Source of the DNA: an uncultured Poribacteria bacterium
Lineage (GTDB): Bacteria > Poribacteria > WGA-4E > WGA-3G
Direction of reading: 5' to 3'
Length of the DNA stretch: 64,000 nt
NCBI GenBank assembly: GCA_951813565.1
Contig: OX638351.1
Location: forward strand, 3,872,001-3,936,000
In this document: positions 61,014 through 64,000 of the stretch, piece after piece
Position numbering within the stretch: the first letter of the stretch is position 1
How the letters are laid out: every line of letters begins with the position of its first letter
Made by a program: the position numbers and the translations under genes
Notes under the pieces: generated by a model
Database searches by the model: none
What the model was told of the DNA's origin: nothing
What the model saw: the letters and a program-made list of their open reading frames with translations, nothing else

Positions 61014-61790
61014 TTACCACATTTTCAGATTCGCCCACCTCGTTGTGAGTTTTCCATCTGCTTCAACAGCAGCAAATTCTTCAACATAGTTCAGCAAATT
61101 TTCCATGAAAAGTTTTGCCATGTCTTTCGTATGGTCATCGTTACCTGCGATATAGTATTTATCAGGTGCAATTGCCATCATCAGGAACTTACCTTTCCCG
61201 AATTCCGCTTCCATAATGACAGGTTGTCCCAAACTTTCCATCAGCACGTCAAATCCTGTCTGAGAAGCGATGACTTCCCAAACAGTAGGCCAGCCTTGAT
61301 GTCCCCAGCCTTTAAACGTATTCTCATTCATACGGTTTGGTTCGTTAAAGAGCCGATGCTCCGCTTCTAATATTTTAAAATCTGCACTATCACGGTCACT
61401 CCGAACACAACTCAATTCAGGCGGCAACCAATCCACCTTCGCTTCGTTTTGGTCAGCTTGGGTCGGTTCCCAGACGACACCACCATTTACGACGAAATCC
61501 TGAATTGCTTTTGCATTCTTGTCAAGGTTTTGGTGCAATCCAGCATTGTTTGTCGTCATGCTACCGATTAAGAAAATTCTATTTTCCGCTTTGAGGGGTA
61601 GCTCTCCACCTTCAAGCGCCTTTGTCAGATCATCGTACTCAACTTTGAATTCATCCAGTGTCTGACGCAACGCATCAACTTTTGTCCACTCGTCAGCAAA
61701 ATCAACAACAGCAATTTTAGCAGCTTCTACAGCCATTACGCTCAAAATGAGGTTCAAAATACAGAACCATGCAAACAAACGGTGAAACAT
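61014..61790 (-). CDS. Exported hypothetical protein with conserved C-terminal tail
   Basis: Signal peptide; tail AVEADGKLTTRWANLK. Confidence 0.7.
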   Translation of the reverse strand: MFHRLFAWFCILNLILSVMAVEAAKIAVVDFADEWTKVDALRQTLDEFKVEYDDLTKALEGGELPLKAENRIFLIGSMTTNNAGLHQNLDKNAKAIQDFVVNGGVVWEPTQADQNEAKVDWLPPELSCVRSDRDSADFKILEAEHRLFNEPNRMNENTFKGWGHQGWPTVWEVIASQTGFDVLMESLGQPVIMEAEFGKGKFLMMAIAPDKYYIAGNDDHTKDMAKLFMENLLNYVEEFAAVEADGKLTTRWANLKMW

Positions 61791-61852
61791 AAGTTTATTT
61801 CCTTACACGTAACACGTATTTTCACGAACCCAAAGAACCCTTTGTCAACTTA

Positions 61853-61884
61853 TAAGAAAGCCGTCAACTTTGGTGGCTTTCTTA
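61853..61884 (-). terminator. Probable intrinsic terminator
   Basis: TAAGAAAGCCGTCAA-CT-TTGGTGGCTTTCTTA downstream of the DUF3500 gene. Confidence 0.55.
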
Positions 61885-61899
61885 TCTACGGTGATTTAA

Positions 61900-62931
61900 C
61901 TAATGGTCATGATGGTCAGTTTTGTGGTAGTGTAAGCGAAGCAGATCAGCGCCGAAGTCATCCGCAATATGTCGCCACACTGAATGAACGTGGTTCGCAT
62001 TGTTCTGTGTGTTGTCATACTCCACAAAGAAAAATGGGCTATGAAGTCTATAATAGTGAGGCATCCTACGTTCTTCACCACCTGCCCACGCAAAGTGAAT
62101 ATCATTAAAACTAATTTCGCGTAATTTTCGGCGTTCAATCTCTGCGATCTCATCTGGAAGTCGATCAATATATTCGTGAACCAATTGGATCAGGAGTTCA
62201 CGTTGATGCGTTTGCATTGTTTCAACTGCTAATCCTTCAACTGCTTCAAACTCCACTTTGGGAGCATTCCGCGTTAGAATATCAGATGGTGCTTCCGTAT
62301 TGATAATGGCTAAGGTTTTTTGGTATGGTGTAAGACTTGTTAAAAGTTGCCGTGCCAGATCTTCTTCAGCGAAAAGGACTCGTAATCCTTTTTTGTCACC
62401 TTGTGGTACCTCTGCTGGGTTCGAGCCAAAGAAGAAAGGATTTGGAGAAATCAATTCGCGATTGACAACCGTAAAGTTCAGGGAAACATGATGACCTTCG
62501 GTGCGCCACCCCCATGCACCATTTCCTGTCGGATCGCCAAATACGGTGAAAAAGTAGAATTCAGGATTACGTTCAAGTCGTGTCTCACCTGCTGTCTTTT
62601 CAATTTCGCCCAATATGGACTCTAAATTAATGATTGCTCGGGCTTTTTCATAACCTTTTGCACTCAACCCACTTGCCATGAGCGCGAGTGCCAATTCCTG
62701 CTGGTTCGTGCTTAGTTCTTTTAACGAAACACCTTGACGTTCCCACATCTCTATAGGAATGTAGTGCCACCGAAACCGTTCATTTCCATCAAACGGTTGG
62801 CACGCTTTTTCGCGTAAAGTAGGAGTCAAAACGTCTAAAAAATTCGATGCTGCCTGTGCCATCCGTTCTGCTGTTTCTGAAGCTGGAATTACTAATGGTG
62901 TTGTATAGGAGTCAGAATGTGCGTGTGCCAC
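61900..62931 (-). CDS. DUF3500 domain protein
   Basis: WHYIP, WGWRTEGHH.SLNF, FFGSNPA, EYDNTQNNANHVHSVWR; GTG start with GGAGG RBS. Confidence 0.85.
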   Translation of the reverse strand: MAHAHSDSYTTPLVIPASETAERMAQAASNFLDVLTPTLREKACQPFDGNERFRWHYIPIEMWERQGVSLKELSTNQQELALALMASGLSAKGYEKARAIINLESILGEIEKTAGETRLERNPEFYFFTVFGDPTGNGAWGWRTEGHHVSLNFTVVNRELISPNPFFFGSNPAEVPQGDKKGLRVLFAEEDLARQLLTSLTPYQKTLAIINTEAPSDILTRNAPKVEFEAVEGLAVETMQTHQRELLIQLVHEYIDRLPDEIAEIERRKLREISFNDIHFAWAGGEERRMPHYYRLHSPFFFVEYDNTQNNANHVHSVWRHIADDFGADLLRLHYHKTDHHDH

Positions 62932-63175
62932 CGAAATACCTCCGTTGATTTTTGCTGCAATTATTCTAACTGAATTCTTACCAAAAATCCACTTAATTAG
63001 ATACGTTCCACATAATTTGTACAAACTTTAACCGCTTTGACATAAGAAATCAACTAAAATTTGATTAATACATCCAAATTTTGACATAAAACCGCAATTT
63101 CTGTAAACTTAATGAAACCCATCTACGTTAAAAAATTAACTTGTTCAAAAACTGAACGAAAGTCTGGCAGAAGTT

Positions 63176-63757
63176 ATGGACAAAATGATTGATGATGAAA
63201 TGCTTGTTGCACAGTTCAAATCGGGTAGTCAAAAAGCTTTTGATGAATTGATGAAACGTTATGAACGTAAAATCTTCGGATATCTTCTACGGTCTGTTAG
63301 GAATTACGAAGATGCTGAGGAGTTAACACTTGAAGTGTTTTTCAAGGCATATCGTGCACTTGCGTCATGGGAACCGAAAGCAAAATTTACGACATGGCTT
63401 TATACAATTGCTTCTAATCTTGCTATTGACTATCACCGTTCTAAATCCCGGAAACCTGTTTACGTGTTAGAAGATGAAGATGTAATTGAAGCAAGACTCG
63501 TTGCTACAGACATCTCGAGCAATCCCGAAAAGCAGCTTGAAGATAAAGAACGGGGACGCATCATCCGAGAAGCAGTTGACGAACTTTCCGCTAAACAAAA
63601 GACTGTTTTTATGTTAACACGGTATGAAGGTTTACAAATTCGAGAGGTAGCCGAGACACTCGGAATGGCTGAAGGCACAGTGAAAATTCATCTTCATCGC
63701 GCAATCAAAAAGTTACAAACTATATTACGACCTTTGTGGGAAAATAATGAAATATAG
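63176..63757 (+). CDS. ECF RNA polymerase sigma factor
   Basis: DAEEL..EVF.KAY, FTTWLYTIA.N, region 4 EVAETLG..EGTVK..LHRA. Confidence 0.92.
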   Translation: MDKMIDDEMLVAQFKSGSQKAFDELMKRYERKIFGYLLRSVRNYEDAEELTLEVFFKAYRALASWEPKAKFTTWLYTIASNLAIDYHRSKSRKPVYVLEDEDVIEARLVATDISSNPEKQLEDKERGRIIREAVDELSAKQKTVFMLTRYEGLQIREVAETLGMAEGTVKIHLHRAIKKLQTILRPLWENNEI

Positions 63758-63768
63758 GAGGTCCGTTC

Positions 63769-64000
63769 ATGCCTAAATGTAATAAATCTGAAGCACAGAC
63801 GATTGATTTTGTATATGGTGAGTTAAACCCGTCACAAGTAGTAGATTTTGAACAGCATCTTACTACATGTGAGAACTGCACCAAAAAGGTCAACGCATAT
63901 AAGCGTGTGCTTCACCTTGTAGACGAAGCAGAGGAAGAATTAACATCCCATGTTATTGTTCCACACAACCTTGAGATGAAATTATACAGACGGCTTGCTA
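63769..64000 (+). CDS. Zinc-finger (ZAS) anti-sigma factor, truncated by the window end
   Basis: MPKC...YGEL....FEQHLTTCENC (HxxxCxxC) directly after the sigma gene with an AGGAGG RBS; not in the ORF track. Confidence 0.8.
   Translation, partial: MPKCNKSEAQTIDFVYGELNPSQVVDFEQHLTTCENCTKKVNAYKRVLHLVDEAEEELTSHVIVPHNLEMKLYRRLA

Noticed and set aside
1..64000. tRNA, rRNA, prophage genes
   Set aside because: No cloverleaf, rRNA-like stretch or phage structural gene recognised by eye; tRNAscan/Infernal not run.

Overview
AT-rich bacterial window with about 50 protein-coding genes and no recognisable rRNA, tRNA or CRISPR array. The gene mix suggests Candidatus Poribacteria (inference): LamG and CBM9-like exported proteins ending in a 'V.P.GKL.T.WG.IK' tail, PhyH, sulfatase and a DUF6785-type membrane protein. 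Housekeeping and metabolic genes include nth, sat, cysC, msrB, glcB, a ClpX-like ATPase, an ECF transporter, two radical SAM enzymes, sugar-acid catabolism genes and an ECF sigma/anti-sigma pair. Mobile DNA includes a TnpB-only IS200/IS605 element, a 0.4-kb derivative of it carrying a hairpin-rich non-coding insert in place of tnpB, a decayed ISAs1 and a decayed xisH. The most striking signal is intergenic, where MITEs with TIRs and target duplications contain GTAG-type REP palindromes. These REPs are in turn interrupted by a family of 33-36 bp hairpin units with covarying stems, a 6-7 nt loop (usually CAWANGC) and a GTTGATT tail. The units insert mostly at C^G, into REPs, into each other and once in frame into a transposase gene. 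Empty and filled versions of the same target occur within the window.
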